From: Cyanophora paradoxa CCMP329
Taxonomy: Eukaryota > Plantae > Glaucophyta
Direction of reading: 5' to 3'
Assembly (NCBI GenBank): GCA_004431415.1
Contig: QPMI01000040.1
Location: 452,322-516,321 of the forward strand
DNA: 64,000 bases
The position numbers and the translations under genes were made by a program. The notes beneath the pieces are model-generated. The model ran no database searches and was not told the origin of the DNA. It saw only the letters and a list, made by a program, of their open reading frames with translations. Within the stretch, counting starts at the first letter, position 1. Each line of letters opens with the position of its first letter. Below are positions 21,347-34,071 of the stretch, in pieces.

Positions 21347-23696
21347 CACGAGCTCGACGACGTGGACCTCGCCAAGCCGGACACCAACGCCGGCGCCGCC
21401 ACGGCCCGCGCCAAGCCGGCGGTCCGGCTGGACCTGGGCGCCGCCAGCTCGACGACCACGGGCGAGCGGGCGGACGCGATGCTCGAGAAGCGGCCGGAGG
21501 AGATCGAGCGGATGCTCGACGACGTGCCGCTCGCCCCGCCCGAGGCCGGCCCGCCCAAGGAGGCCTCCCACCGCCGCTTCAAGCTGCAGTTCGGGGGAGC
21601 GGCGGGCCCCGAGGGCCCCCGCCCCGAGGAGGAGATCGTGGAGGGCCGGCCGGACCGCGAGCGCGCCGCGACGCGCGTGCAGTCGATGGTGCGGGGCTAC
21701 CAGACGCGGAAGCACCTCTCGCAGAAGGGCATCAAGACGACGGCGCCCTCGCTGCGGATCCAGCTGCCGCAGTCCGGCACCGTCAAGAAGGAGGAGCTCA
21801 CGGAGTCGCGCCGCAAGTCGGAGGACTCCGACGCCGACGAGAGCGAAGCGTGCGTGAGCCGCGCGGGGCCGGCGCGGCCAGACAGCGCCTCTGACGGGGC
21901 GGGGCGCCGCGCCGTGCAGGACGACGTCGAGCCGTGGCGTGGCGCCGGCCATGACGCACCGCGCGTGGGGCGGCGGCGGCGGCGGCGGCGGCGGGGACGA
22001 CCGGTACGCTGACGGGGCGATGACGGCGCGCGGCGCGCGAAGGAGGCAGCAGGAGGAGGTGCGCGCGGCCTCGCCGCCGCCGCCTCCGCAGCTCGGCTCA
22101 TGCCGCGCCCGATCAGGAGGACGAGCTGGAGCGGGAGATCAAGGAGGCGGAGGCGGCGCGCATCCAGGCCATGTTCCGGGGCGCCCGCGCCCGGGAGGGC
22201 CTGCGGAAGAAGGGCCTGAAGGCCAAGGCCCCCGGCGAGGCGAAGAGGGCCGCCCCGCCGGCCCCGGCGGCGCCCGCTGCGGGCCCCTCCACCTCCTCCG
22301 CGTCGCCGGTGCGGTCGGGCTGCCTCGCCGCACCCCGCGCCGGAGCGAGCGAGCGAGCGAGCCGGGGGTCCCGAACGCGCAGGCCAAGCCGGCGGCCAAG
22401 TTCCAGCTCGCCAAGCCGCAGTCCGCCGGCTCGTCGCAGAAGCCGGCGACCAAGTCTGCCCGCTCGGACGTGCGCCGCCGCCTCTGCCGGCTCCGCCGCC
22501 TCTGCCTCTGCCTCCGCTGACCTCTCGTGTAACTCGGCAGGGCAACTCGGCCAAGGGCGGCAAGGGCGGCATTCGCTTCGCGGGCGGGGACGACGAGAGC
22601 GGGGGCAGCAGCGGGTCGGACAGGCGAGCCGCCCCCTCGCTTCGCTTCCTCTCTCGTCCGTCGTCCGCGGGCCTGAACCCCTTTCGCCGCAGCGAGTCGA
22701 CCGCGAGCGCCGGCGTGGCGCCGGCCATGACGCACCGCGCGTGGGGCGGCGGCGGCGGCGGCGGCGGGGACGACCGGTATGCGGACGGGGCGATGACGGC
22801 GCGCGGCGCGCGGAGGAGGCAGCAGGAGGAGGTGCGCGCGGCCTCGCCGCCCACTCATCACACTCGGCTCACGTCGCGCCCCGCCAGGAGGACGAGCTGG
22901 AGCGGGAGATCAAGGAGGCGCAGGCGGCGCGCATCCAGGCCGGCATCCGCGGCTACCTCGAGCGGAAGCGGCTGGAGGACAAGGGCGTCGTCACCGTCGC
23001 CAAGAAGAAGCGCGAGGCAAAGGCGAAGCAGCCAAAGGCCAAAGGCGAGGGCGGTGCCGGGGCCGGGGCCGGGGGCGAGGAGGGCGAGGAGGACGACAGT
23101 GCGGCGGGGCTGAGCGAGGGCGCGCTGAGCCGGCGCGTCGCCGCGAACAAGTCGTTCTGGCGGCCGGCCGCCAGCGAAGCGGACCGCGAGGACGACGGCC
23201 TCGACGACGACATAAGGTGCCGCCCGCCCGCCGGTTTCGCCGGCGCGGCTGGCTGGCCGCTAGCCCCTCTCAACGTTAACGCTCTTGCAGGGAATCCTCC
23301 GCCATCCGAATCCAGGCGGCATTCCGCGGCGCCAAGACGCGGGACGGGCTGCGCGCCAAGGGCCACAAGGCGAGGGCGGCGGGGCGGGGGCCGGCGGCGG
23401 CGAGGGCGGCGGTGCCCCTGTCGGCGCACTCGACGAAGCAGCTGGCCAGCACGAGTGGCATCAAGAAGGTGGACCACGAGGAGGGGCGCATCTCGCACGA
23501 GCGGGCGCGCCGCGAGTCGAACGACCTGACGCCCACGCCGGAGATCACGGACAAGATCCGGCGCATCCACGCGGACAGCGAGTTCGCGGCGACCAAGATC
23601 CAGGCGCTCGGGCGCGGCTTCGTCGGGCGGAAGCGCGTGCAGAGAATCAAGGCCGAGCGGGCCAAGGGCAGCGGCGGCGGGGACCCGGACGCGTAG
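17671..23696 (+). CDS. Large low-complexity protein with about 11 IQ calmodulin-binding motifs
   Basis: LQARFRGIKTRKEL, LQARYRGYKARKDL, LQARYRGYKTRKEL, LQAMYRGQKAR, IQALYRGHHTR, VQAMFRGAKTR, VQSMVRGYQTR, IQAMFRGARAR, IQAGIRGYLER, IQAAFRGAKTR, IQALGRGFVGR across many exons; TAG at 23694-23696. Confidence 0.85.
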
Positions 23697-24758
23697 CGTA
23701 GCGCGCTCGGCGCTGGGCCCGGGGGCGCTGCCCCCCGCGGCCCTTGATGCGCCGGACCTTCTTAGAGCCGAGGAGGGAAGGGCTGCGGCGCGGCCTCCCG
23801 CGCCCGTATCGTAGTAGTATTCGCTGGCACTGCTATAGCTAGCTAGCCCTATCTTTAGTGCGAAATCGATGATGATCTATCGATGTCGATGAGGACGCAG
23901 CAGATCCCAGAAACGATCACCATGGCATGGTATCTTAGACGGGTGGCCCGTACGCGTGGTCGCCGGGCAGGCGCCGGCTCTCGGAGGCTAGCGCTCTAGC
24001 TCACTGTCATGATCAGTACTACTACTAGTGATGCATCTTTTAATTTCTAGTTGATCTATAAGCTTACTAAGTTAAGCCGTGAAGAAGCCCAGTTGTAGCC
24101 TAGTAGCGCCCAGATTGAAGTGGCAAAGTGAAGGATGCCGACCATCGACGTTGATATCGATCATGATACGTAGTACTATGATATTCAAATTGTTCCCGGT
24201 CCCACAGTGCGACTGTTGAGCCTCGGAGGCAATTAATGTTGATCATGATCATGATATAGAAATCAGACATCGATTTTGAGCCCCATATGCATATGCATAG
24301 GCCTAGCCTTCAAAAGCTTGGCTTCTAAACAGTAGCCTTGCATATCTGAGCTTGAGCTTGAGCTCGAGTACGGGCTAGGATGCATGTGCTCATGATCATC
24401 GCATCCTAGCCCCGCAGCTCGCTGTTCATGGTAATTGAATGAGGACGTCGACAACGAACAAGCACACTCATGATCAGTGACTACAAGATAGTTCTATAGC
24501 TGTTGGCTGTGTTAACGTTCATGATCGCATACATGTGCATCGTTCGCAAGGAGTCACAATCGCTCACCGTGGCGCCGTGGCACTGGCGATTGTTTAAAGT
24601 GTCTACGTCGAAAACTTGAAATGCAAAGTGTGCACTCTACAAATTAGATCGGCGAGAAAAGCTTGAAAAGCCTCTCGAGCTCGCCCGAAAGACTGCTGTG
24701 ACGATTCGAAATCGCGAACGAAGGGTCCGTACATGTACAAGCACCGGCCGCGGGCCGC

Positions 24759-26760
24759 CTACAGAAAGGGGATGCACTTGTAGACCCAGGAGAGGGCCTG
24801 GACGCCCGCCCCGCGCTCCGCGGCGGCCAGGCGGGCCGAGTCCAGCAGGCACAACTCGATCATGCTGGGTCGAGGGAGGTGAGCGTCGGCCGGTGAAAGA
24901 CGCGTGCGCGAGAGCGTAAGATTTAGCGCGAGCTCGCCGCACCAGGCTGCCGAGGAGGACAGGACCGCCGAGGAGAGCGAGGCCGGCGCCTGCTCCTCGT
25001 AGGACGAGTAGGCCAGGGACGCCACCGCGAGGCAGGCCGCGGCGGCCGCCGCCCCCGGCAGCGTCTGCGCTCCGTTTGGGAGAGGCGCGCGGGAGGCGGG
25101 AAAGGCGGCCGCTCCGGGTGGGGCCCGGGGTTGGGGGGTGGGGGGTACCTGAAAGAGGAAGGCGGGGTCGGCCTTGCGCCAGAGCGTCGCGAGGTAATCG
25201 GCGCAGGGGGCCTGCGGGGGTACGTCAAGTGTGGGCGGATGGTGAGGGAGGGGTCGAGCGCGCCTTGCCGCAGGCGCCGGACGACTCCATCAGGACGTAC
25301 GACGCGGCAGCCACGGAGAGAGCGGCGAGGGCGAGGGCGAGGACGAGCGAGAGCGGCGCCCTGCGGAGGGGCGAGGAATCAACGGGGCGGGGGGGGTGGG
25401 GGGAGGAGTGGGGGAGGGGATGGAGGGGACGCCGGGGGGTAGACCCACCGAAGGACGCGGGGGAGGATGCGCCCCAGCGAGGTGGTTCGCCTGGTTGGGG
25501 GGGGTACGTGGTTGGGGATGGGGATGGGGGTACGACGGGTGGGGGTAGGGGATCAACCGCACCAGCGGCGGAGGATGATTGAGGAGAAGGTGAGGTGACT
25601 CGCCAACGCGAGGAACAGCGGCGCCGCGGCCGCGAGGGGTACCTGCGCCGCTCTTAGAGGAAGACGAGGGGGGGGGAAAGACAGGGCGGGGTACCCCGTT
25701 GAGGCGGACGGAGAGGGAAGTGAGGCTGACGTTGGGGGCGAGGGGCGTCTTGAGGTAGTGCCAATAGTAGCTCAGGGCTGCGCCCCAGCCGGTCAGTCCT
25801 CGGCGTCGGTACCCCCCCCCCGTTGGATCGATGTACCCAGGAACGTGTGCGTGGCGATCCACGCGAAGGCCTTGAGCGCGTGCCGGTCCCGAAGCGCGAG
25901 CTTCCGGTCCGGCTGGGGAGGGGTACCGTGAGCGGGGGGCGGGGGGGGCACGACGCCCGCGCGGGCGTACCCCGGAGGGGAAGAGCAGCGGGACGAGGAG
26001 GGCGGGGGCGGCCGCAAGGGCCCCCACCAGGGCGAGCTCGCGCTCCCCTCGGAGGAGCTCCTGAGGACGCGGGTTCGAGTCCGGACGGGGCCGGACGGGC
26101 GCGCGCTGGGCGCGCGCACTTTGGTTGCGGCGGGGTTGGTCAGGGGCGCCGCAAGAAAGGCGACCCACGCGAAGCTCAGCACCCTGCGAGGTTTCAGTGC
26201 CGGGCGGCCGGGCGGGGGCTGGCGGGCGTCACGGCGCACAGGTACAGCTTCTCGCTAGCGCGCTTCGAGGGGCGCGCGGCGAGCCACGACGCGCGCTCCT
26301 CCGTCGGCCTGGGCGGACTCGTCTCGGCGCGGCGAGGAGGACGCGCACGCGGCACCGAAAGCGAGCGGACCTGATGGATCCCTCGCGCCGGAACGAGCTC
26401 GTCCAGATCTTCTCCGCCGCGGAGGCGTCGCCCGCCTCGGCCGCGCGCTTCTTCCTCAGCTCGTCAACCGCCTTCAGGACAAGCAGGCGATCCTGCAGCA
26501 GGTCTGCTCGACGGGCTCAAGGTCAGAAAGAAGGGCAGGCACAGTGGCCAGCGGTCACGCGCCGAAGCCCAGTTCTTTCAGGGAGGAGTGGTCGAGGGCC
26601 AGGAAAGCCTCCTCATCCGGGACGGCGCGCGCGAAGCTCTCCTGCAGAGCTCGAGCTCGGGCCGAGAGCTCGAGGTCCTGCGCCACAGGCGGTCATCAGC
26701 CAGCAATCGCCTGCGGACGCGGGGTTGCGAGCGCGCCTGGAGCCACCGCAGCGGATCCAT
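24759..26760 (-). CDS. SAM domain fused to a divergent cycloeucalenol cycloisomerase (CPI1)-like polytopic membrane domain
   Basis: Spliced N-terminus MDPLRWLQDLELS..LQESFARAVPDEEAFLALDHSSLKELGFDLLQDRLLVLKAVDEL fits the SAM pattern. It is followed by SWLAARPSKRASEKLYLVLSFAW, APALLVPLLFPSGPDRKLALRDRHALKAFAWI, WHYL, SVRLNGVP, SSIILRR and MIELCLLDSARL, collinear with plant CPI1 blocks as I recall them. Confidence 0.78.
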
Positions 26761-27242
26761 GGGCGCGCTACGGCCCTGCAGCGAGTGCTCTGCTCGGCTC
26801 CTGGCTGAATCTTGGCAGCCGAATTGAGAATCGATGCTCGCGGTTCGAGTGGATGTTCAGTACTAGTCTGTGCCCGGCTTGTGCAGCCGGTGATGAGAAT
26901 GCGGAGGAGCAGCCGGCTTTACGACCTTTTGTGATAAAAATGTGTACCCCCTAGCCCGCACTCGCATCGTCGGCGTGTACATGTTGTAGTTGGTTGCGCG
27001 AGCGGCGGCGACCGACTGAAGTGCGATGGGTATTCGCGAAGTCCGGATCGGCCCGGCCCGCCGCGGCTCAAGCTCCTAGCTAGGCCTCACGATATCGATC
27101 AGATCTGCAGAGGAACGTACATAATAGTACTAGTACTAGTACGTATACGTATACTAGCACGCCGGCGGCCTCGATCTGCTGGCCATATACAAGCGAGTCC
27201 CTGCGGAGCAGGAGTGGCCTTGGGATCTTGGGGCTTCAAGGC

Positions 27243-27243
<1 letters not shown>

Positions 27244-27331
<88 letters not shown>
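27244..27331. repeat. (TA)n microsatellite, about 43 units
   Basis: Directly visible. Confidence 0.98.
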
Positions 27332-27332
<1 letters not shown>

Positions 27333-28848
27333 GTACGCGTGAGAGTGGCCGCGCTTTGTTTTTTAATCGGGGCCTCGGCGCCGGCGCCCGGCGGCCAGCT
27401 AATATAAGCTTAAGCTTAACCTCCAGCCTGGCAGGCGGGGCGGGGCGGGACTCCGGACGGGGGAGGGGCGGCCGCGCGCGGGCCGGGCCTGGGGGGCTGG
27501 TCGGGGGCCTCCAGGATATCGATATATAGTGCCTGATATGTATAGAGGAGTTGGACCTTGCACCGGCAACGGCACCTGGGAGCCGCCTGCGCCGCCAGGG
27601 CTGAGGCCCCGCTGTTCAACGGTTTAGCTCTAGAAGGCGTCGGGCAGGAGAGAGACTCGCGAACCAAGCGGAGGCCCAGGGAGGGCCGCCGCTGCTTCGA
27701 ATTCCCGGCCGCCTTCTCCGCGAATTCGAATGCGCCGCGGTTCAGCTGCAGGTCTCCTGCGCTCGCCCCGCCGCGTCGCGCGAGGCGCGGCGCTGAAGGG
27801 CGGGGAGGCGCGCACCAAGCGGGGAATTCAGCTGCTTTTCGACTGGCTCCGCCGCGAACGCGCCGGACGCCACTGTACATGTTCGAATTCAGGTCTCGAT
27901 CGATATCTCCTGCGCATGCGCAAGGGCAGGGCCGGGACGCGCGCACCACTCGGAGGGAGCTCCGCCGCTGCTTCGAATTCCCGGCTGCCGTGCACCGTGG
28001 CACGTGTCCGCGCGCTCTCACGTGCACCCTGTAGCGCGGCGCAACCGCGCGCGCGCGCAGCTGCAGATCATCGGATGGCGGCCCGCGGGCTCTTGAACTT
28101 GCATGTGCGAATACGATATCGATGGCTGCCCGGCCGCGGCCGCGGGCTCTTGAACTTGGCGCGGTTGCAGAGCTGCTAACCGCAAGTGCGCGCCCGCTAC
28201 GTCCAGCTTAAAATTGCAAGGGGGGGTCAGCTGCTCAAACCCCCCTTGCTACCCGTCGGATTGTCTGTCACGCTGTCCAAGTCGGCCAGTTTGCAAGTCG
28301 GTCTTTTTTCCGTCGGCGATAAGTCTTTTTGTTGTACCCCGCTGTGGATAAGGCCAGCGCCGCTGGACGTCTCTTTTTGCTGTATCCCGCGCAAGGCTCC
28401 TTGCCGCCCGACGACTTACCGCGATGTGCCAGCCTGCATGCGCAGCTGCACTGCACTGCGGCAGCATGCACTGCTTGTAGAGCGCAGCTAAGCCTTGAAG
28501 CATAATCGCGCCGCGCGCCGCCCGCCGCGCCTCCGCGCGCGGCCGGCCGCGGGGCGTCGCGCCCCGCGCGCGCTCCGCTCTGCCGGCGCGCGAGCCGCGC
28601 GCGCCACCGCACTCGAGCTCCCGTGTCCGACGGTCCCCGCGCCTGGCCCGCGCGGCACTAGCTGCTCGGCTAACCCGCGGCCGGCCCAGGCGCGGGACGC
28701 GGGAGTGCGGAGCGGCCGGCTGCGCGACGCGAGGCCGGCGCCATGCATATGACGGGCGGGGCGGTCGGCAGCGGTCGGCGCGGCTCGCCAAGCGGGACGG
28801 AGCCTCGGAGGCGCGACGCGCGCGTGGCAGCTCAGCTAATGATCGGCC

Positions 28849-29072
28849 GGCCGGCGGCGCGGCTCGGCCGGCCGGCGGCGCGGCTCGGCAGGCGGCGGCG
28901 CGGCTCGGCGGGCGGCGGCACGGCTCGGCAGGCGGCGGCGCTGCTCGGCAGGCGGCGGCGCGGCTCGGCAGGCGGCGGCGCGGCTCGGCAGGCGGCGGCG
29001 CAGCTCGGCAGGCGGCGGCGCGGCTCGGCAGCTGCAGGCGGCGGCGCGGCTCGGCAGGCGGCGGCGCAGCTC
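28849..29072. repeat. 20-bp GC-rich minisatellite (GGCGGCGGCGCGGCTCGGCA, about 11 copies)
   Basis: Directly visible tandem array with a few substitutions and one small insertion. Confidence 0.92.
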
Positions 29073-29956
29073 TCCTGGCACCGGCGCGCGGGGCGGAGGT
29101 GCGGGCGGCGGTGCGGTTCGCCGGGCGGGGCGGAGGCACTGTGGGCGGCCGCCGGGCGGCGCTGCGCGCAGGCCCAGGCCTAGCCGCCTACGCCTAGCAT
29201 TATACTTAGTTGTATAGGTAGTCGCTGAGTATTACTTACTAAGTTATATATAATTAGTTGTTGTATTCTGTCAGCGTCCCTACTTTAGACCCCACCTTGC
29301 ACCTCCTGAGACGAGTGGGGGCGGGGGCGAGTCGAAGACCTAGTAAGTGCTTGAGAGCCGCGCGTTGGTGACCGCGCGCCTACGTACGTACGCGTGGAGC
29401 CGCGCTCGTGGCAGGCAGCGGGGGTTACAGAATTTGGATGGGAAAGAGCGCGTTCGCCATTTGCTGACCAATGGGACCCTTCCTTCTATATTTTTCTTTC
29501 GTGAAGAACTTCGTTCGCGACCCAGTCTCGGCTTGGAGCTTGGACGTAAATCCGATTCGTCGGCTTGAATAGAAGCCAGTTTCGGTGCAGTCGTCGAGAT
29601 CCGGCTTGACGTCTAGCTGACGAATGGGATTTCGATTCCGGCTCCAAGCCGACAAAAGCCGGATTTCGGCGCCATCTCCTGCTTCAGCCTTGCATGCGCG
29701 AGGTGCGCTTGGAACTAGTCTAGGCTGAAGTTCATGTGCTCCATCTTTTCCAAGTGAAGCCGAGTCCAGGGTCTCCTCCCCTCCAGAGATTCAGGGGGGA
29801 TTTTCATTTCGATTCGGTGTTAGTGCCCGAAAACGTTCGAATCAGGCAAAATGAGTATCATTTTCGGGATCCCAGAGGCCGAAAATGGGGTAGTAGGTCG
29901 ATTCGTTTATGCTAAATTTTGATGGCGGTGGCAAATTATGCCCAGCTGCAGCACCA

Positions 29957-30289
29957 ACCTAAGGGCCTCTCCTTTCCCCAAGGCCGATATGCATGGGTCT
30001 CTGACTGGGCCGGCCGCCGATTCTGAGCGAAGAGACCAGAGGTTCTACTGTTCACTGCTTAGATGTCACATCGAGCTATTAATATTTGGTGTGCACGTGT
30101 GCTCATGAAGCGCGATGGCTCAGAATGCGGCCGTCAGAAATCGGCCTTGGGGAAAGGAGAGGCCCTTAGGTCTGTGCCTGTCCTGTCCGGGATCGGCCTT
30201 GGAGAAAGGAGATGCACTTATATAATTATATTAGGTATGTGCCTATCCTGTCTGTAAATCGGCCTTGGGGAAAGGAGAGGCCCTTAGGT
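29957..30289. mobile_element. MITE-like non-autonomous DNA transposon with a duplicated right end
   Basis: 32-bp ACCTAAGGGCCTCTCCTTTCCCCAAGGCCGAT at 29957-29988 has exact inverted copies at 30140-30171 and 30258-30289, plus a partial copy near 30192-30212; TA flanks the AGGGCC..GGCCCT termini. Confidence 0.75.
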
Positions 30290-31073
30290 CTGTTGGTCAC
30301 TTGTCACAAAATTTTAGAAAGCGAAATTCGTATATTTGGGATCCGATTTGCATTAGCACACAACAACAACTACTAGGAGTTTCACATCGCTCAGCTTATC
30401 TCTCCGACTAAATAACACTGGGGACCGTCGAGTGCTGTGCTCTGTCTACGATTGGTTGCGAGGTTTTGCTTCTAAGTACCTACCTACTTACACAACCGGC
30501 CTAGTTATAATATCATCTATAACTAGGGCTAGATTTGGTAATGAAGGGAGAGAAGGTGAAGTAGAGGGGCTGAGTTGAGAGGGAGAAAGGGGAAGCTTGA
30601 TGCGCACGCCGTCGGCCCCCATTGGAGCCGCCGACTCTGGCCGGATTACGCCGGCACGCCGCGCCTCAGGGCACCAAATCCCCCCCGCCTCCCTCCGCCT
30701 CCAGCCACCCCAGTCCTCACCCCGCCCCGTCCCCCCTTACCCACCACTGGTTCATGAGCCCGCGGCGGAAACATTGAGGGACTGGCGCTCTGCCAGCCAT
30801 CGACGTCATACTGCCTTTGCAGCCTGTCAAGAGCAACTGACAGAAAGCCAATATGCTTTGTCAACGGCACCCAAAGGAAGGTAGAATGGTGTGGTGGTGC
30901 CTTTCAAGGCAAAAGGAAGAAGCCATGCGGGAGCTACTAGTGCTGACCGAGGCAAGAAACTAGTGCAAGGGACTACTCGCTGATCAGAAGGCAAATGGAT
31001 GAGCAAATCAATGAGTATGAAAACTACAAGAAAGAGAGCTCTGCAGTGCAAGATGCAAGAGGAGACGGTAAAT

Positions 31074-34071
31074 CTAGTGCTGCTGGGCAGAGCTAAGGAT
31101 GTGCATGAGGGCCGCCTGCGCGCCGGCGTGGGAGAGAGCGATGGGGGCAGAGAGCATAATCTGAGAGGCATCGAATGGGAATCCTCCTGGGTACAGGACT
31201 GGCTGCATGAAAGCCTGCTGGCCGGGCGCGCGCTGGCGGTGCGGGCCAGCGGCTCCCGGAGCTGCTACGCCGGGGTGGAAGGGGCCCGCCAACCAGGGCG
31301 ACTGGCCGTGGGCGGGAGCGTAGGCGGTGGGCGGCGCGCCCGCCCACGCGAACGATGGCGCCTGCTGGAAGAAGTGGGCGGGGGCGTTCGAGGCGGAGAC
31401 CGCCTCCGCGTAGGAGGGCCGGGGGCGCTTCGAATTCGAATTCGAGCCCGCAGGCGTGAAGAACTCCTCGCGCGGGTCCGGATCCGGCTCGCTGGCCCCG
31501 CGCTTCGCACTCGCGCGGCCGGCGTTGCCGCCGCCGCCGCCACGCCCGCCGCCGCCCACTGGCTCCGCGCCTCCACTTGCCTGTCCGGCGCTGGGGTTGC
31601 CGGGGGCGCCGTCCGAACGGCCGCCCGGGCGGCCGCCCGAGCGGCCGCTGGGGGCGCTGTTGGGCGCCCCGCGCCGGTCAGGGCATTCTATGTGGCGGTG
31701 CCCGTAGAGGCACGTCATGCGGTGGCGCCAGCAAGCCGGGGGCAGGCGGCGGTTGCCGGGCCGCCGGGCGGGGAAGGCACGCCAGAGGGTGTAATCGGTC
31801 GGCTCGAAGCCGTCCGAGCCCAGGAAGGACGCGTTCGACGTCAGAACCGTGTAGCCCTTCGGGGTCGCTGCACTGGCTGCCGGCTCCATGAAGACCTCCA
31901 GTTTCTCCGCCTCCTCGGGCGTGAGACGAAGGCTGAGCATTTCCATGGGGCGCAGAGACGCGCCCAGCTTGAATCCGCAGTGGTGGTACGCGAGGACGAT
32001 GTCGACTGGCATAGCCGACATCACGCGAGCCATCTGAGCAGCATGTCCAGGTCAAGTGGCGCCCTCGCCCGTTCGTCCCGGGCGGCATACCTGGAATTTT
32101 GCCGCTCGTTTGATTGCGAGGGTGAAGACTCGGGTGCCGCTGAAGTCGGGGGCCTCTTCCCGCCGCCACGCAGTGATCGGGCAGGACTGAAAGCGGAGCT
32201 CGAAGATCTCGCTGAGCTCGCACAGCCTGGCGTGGCTTTCGTTCATGTCTGAATATTAATATTCAGCAACTGAACAAGCTCACCGTTTGGCGAGCATCGG
32301 GTTCGCAATGGTGACGTAGTCTCGGCGGGTCCACCGCCATCTCGTGGCCTTTTACGGCTCCTGGCGTGCCTGCGCGGCACTTGACAACGAAGCCCAGAAT
32401 CATTGCATCAATCTGAATGACGAGCCTCAGACAACCCAATCGTGGCCGCGATCGGACCCAATCAAGTACGGACCATGTCTTCGGAGTAAGGCAGTTTGCC
32501 GGGCGCGATGTCGCGCTCCGCCTGGCGGAGAAGAGCGCGGATGAAATGCATCACCGCCTTGTACGTTTCTTCTGAATAGTTGCCATCTGGCCGGAGATCG
32601 CCTCGCGAAGAAAAGACGGGGCAGCCGTCGAGAACAATCTGCTCCGCATGATCGGGATCGTGCAGAAGGATCCAGCGGTGTGGTTTCCGCTGCATATGCA
32701 TGCGCGCCGTCAATATACGACTGCTGCGCACGCTACAAAGCGGCTAGCGGACCTCGAGCACGGGCCCAAAGCAGGTGATCTTGGTCACCTCGTGCACTTG
32801 CGCTGTGCAAGTCTTGACGTTGAGCCGCCTTTTCATCTCATCGAGCCACTGCCGCACATCAAGTCAGCTTAAGCAAAAGGATCGGAGAAAGTTTCCAGTG
32901 CTCGAGACCGACCTTCTTCGCTGATGAGAAAGTCAGTCCGTCCATGACGTGGGGCGGAGCTTCAATCGCTATGCAGCCCTGGTACGGGCAGTGCTCCCAC
33001 AGCTTGGTGCCCGAGCCAGCACCGATTCCACGCTGGTCGAATGTCTGGGGCTTCCGAGTCAGCCGCGCGGCGGCGACATTATGCGCACGCTGAGTACGGA
33101 CCTCGAGGAGCATTGCCGTGCGCTCCTCCATCGGCGCTATGGCGCTCCCGTCCCAGTCCGCGGTCTTGCCAGCGTACTTTGGCGGGACGAGCTCGTCCGG
33201 CTTGAAGTAGAGAACGACCTTGTCGTTCGGGCCCAAAGGCACTTCCACGTCCCCTTGCGAGGTAGTCAGCATAAGTAAGCAAGTATCGTGGTCTTGCGCA
33301 TTCATCTCGGCACCTGTACCGGCCGATGACTGGCCGGCAGCACTTGCAGATGGGCCTTCGGCCTCCTCGCCGCCCTCAGCGCCGCCCTCGGCGTACTCCT
33401 CATCTCCACCGTAGTCCTCAGCATCTTCGAGAACTTCTTCATCTCTCTGTTGGTCGATTAGCTCGGTTACGCAAAGTGCCATCAGCTACTCTCACCAGCG
33501 GCTGTTCCGGAACTTCGGGAGGCGCCGGAGCAGCGGGATGGACCGGAGCAGCAGCTGCTGCTGCCGGAGCAGGCGGCGCTGCAGCACCATGCGCTGGGGG
33601 CCGCGCCTGCGGGTTCTACGCGGAAGTCAATCCCACGATTGCAAGATCATCTTCCTAACAAGCGCACCGATGAGGCGGGCGCGGCCGGAGCAGGATGCTG
33701 AGGAGCGTGGGCCTTCGCCCCAGCCTTGATCTACGGATCCGTTGGGATCAACTCTCCCGGGAAGGCGTGGGTCCCACGCCAATGACCGCACGCTCACCGA
33801 TGCCGCCGGAGCGGTCGGCTTCGCAGTCTGCGCTGTTGCGGCATGCTTCGCAGGCGCCGCCGGCTTCGCCGCGGCCGCAGCCGGAGCATGATCAGATGGT
33901 GGCGTGAAGGGGAGCCGCCGACGCACTGGCGCCGGCGAGTGAATGCTTCCACTCGATGAGCTCTGCGAATGCCATTAAGCGTTCAGGCCGCGGGCACTCA
34001 CATCGCGCGGCGAACTCGGAATGGCCGCAGAGAATTCAATTATTGAATCGGCCCATTCGCACGCGCACCAT
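31074..34071 (-). CDS. Spliced orphan gene (about 11 introns): Ala/Pro-rich N-terminus, acidic tract, globular core of unknown family, Gly/Pro-rich tail
   Basis: The track ORF fragments (33627-33926, 32859-33482, 32462-32731, 32052-32246, 31074-32033) join in frame through short introns with G[T/C]..AG ends and branch-like YTRAY; the first coding exon appears to be ATG only (34069-34071). Confidence 0.62.

Noticed and set aside
1-27000. Hundreds of overlapping Arg/Pro/Gly/Ala-rich ORFs
   Set aside because: Expected from stop-codon scarcity at very high GC; the real genes are spliced.
28216-28260. Helitron 3' end
   Set aside because: A hairpin is present, but I could not confirm a typical CTAG-type terminus with an AT target site, nor any matching 5' TC end.
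28249-29183. 296-aa and 146-aa Arg/Pro/Ala-rich ORFs
   Set aside because: Translations of the 20-bp GC minisatellite.
28849-30289. CRISPR-like array
   Set aside because: Eukaryotic context; the repeats are head-to-tail or inverted, with no regular unique spacers and no cas genes.
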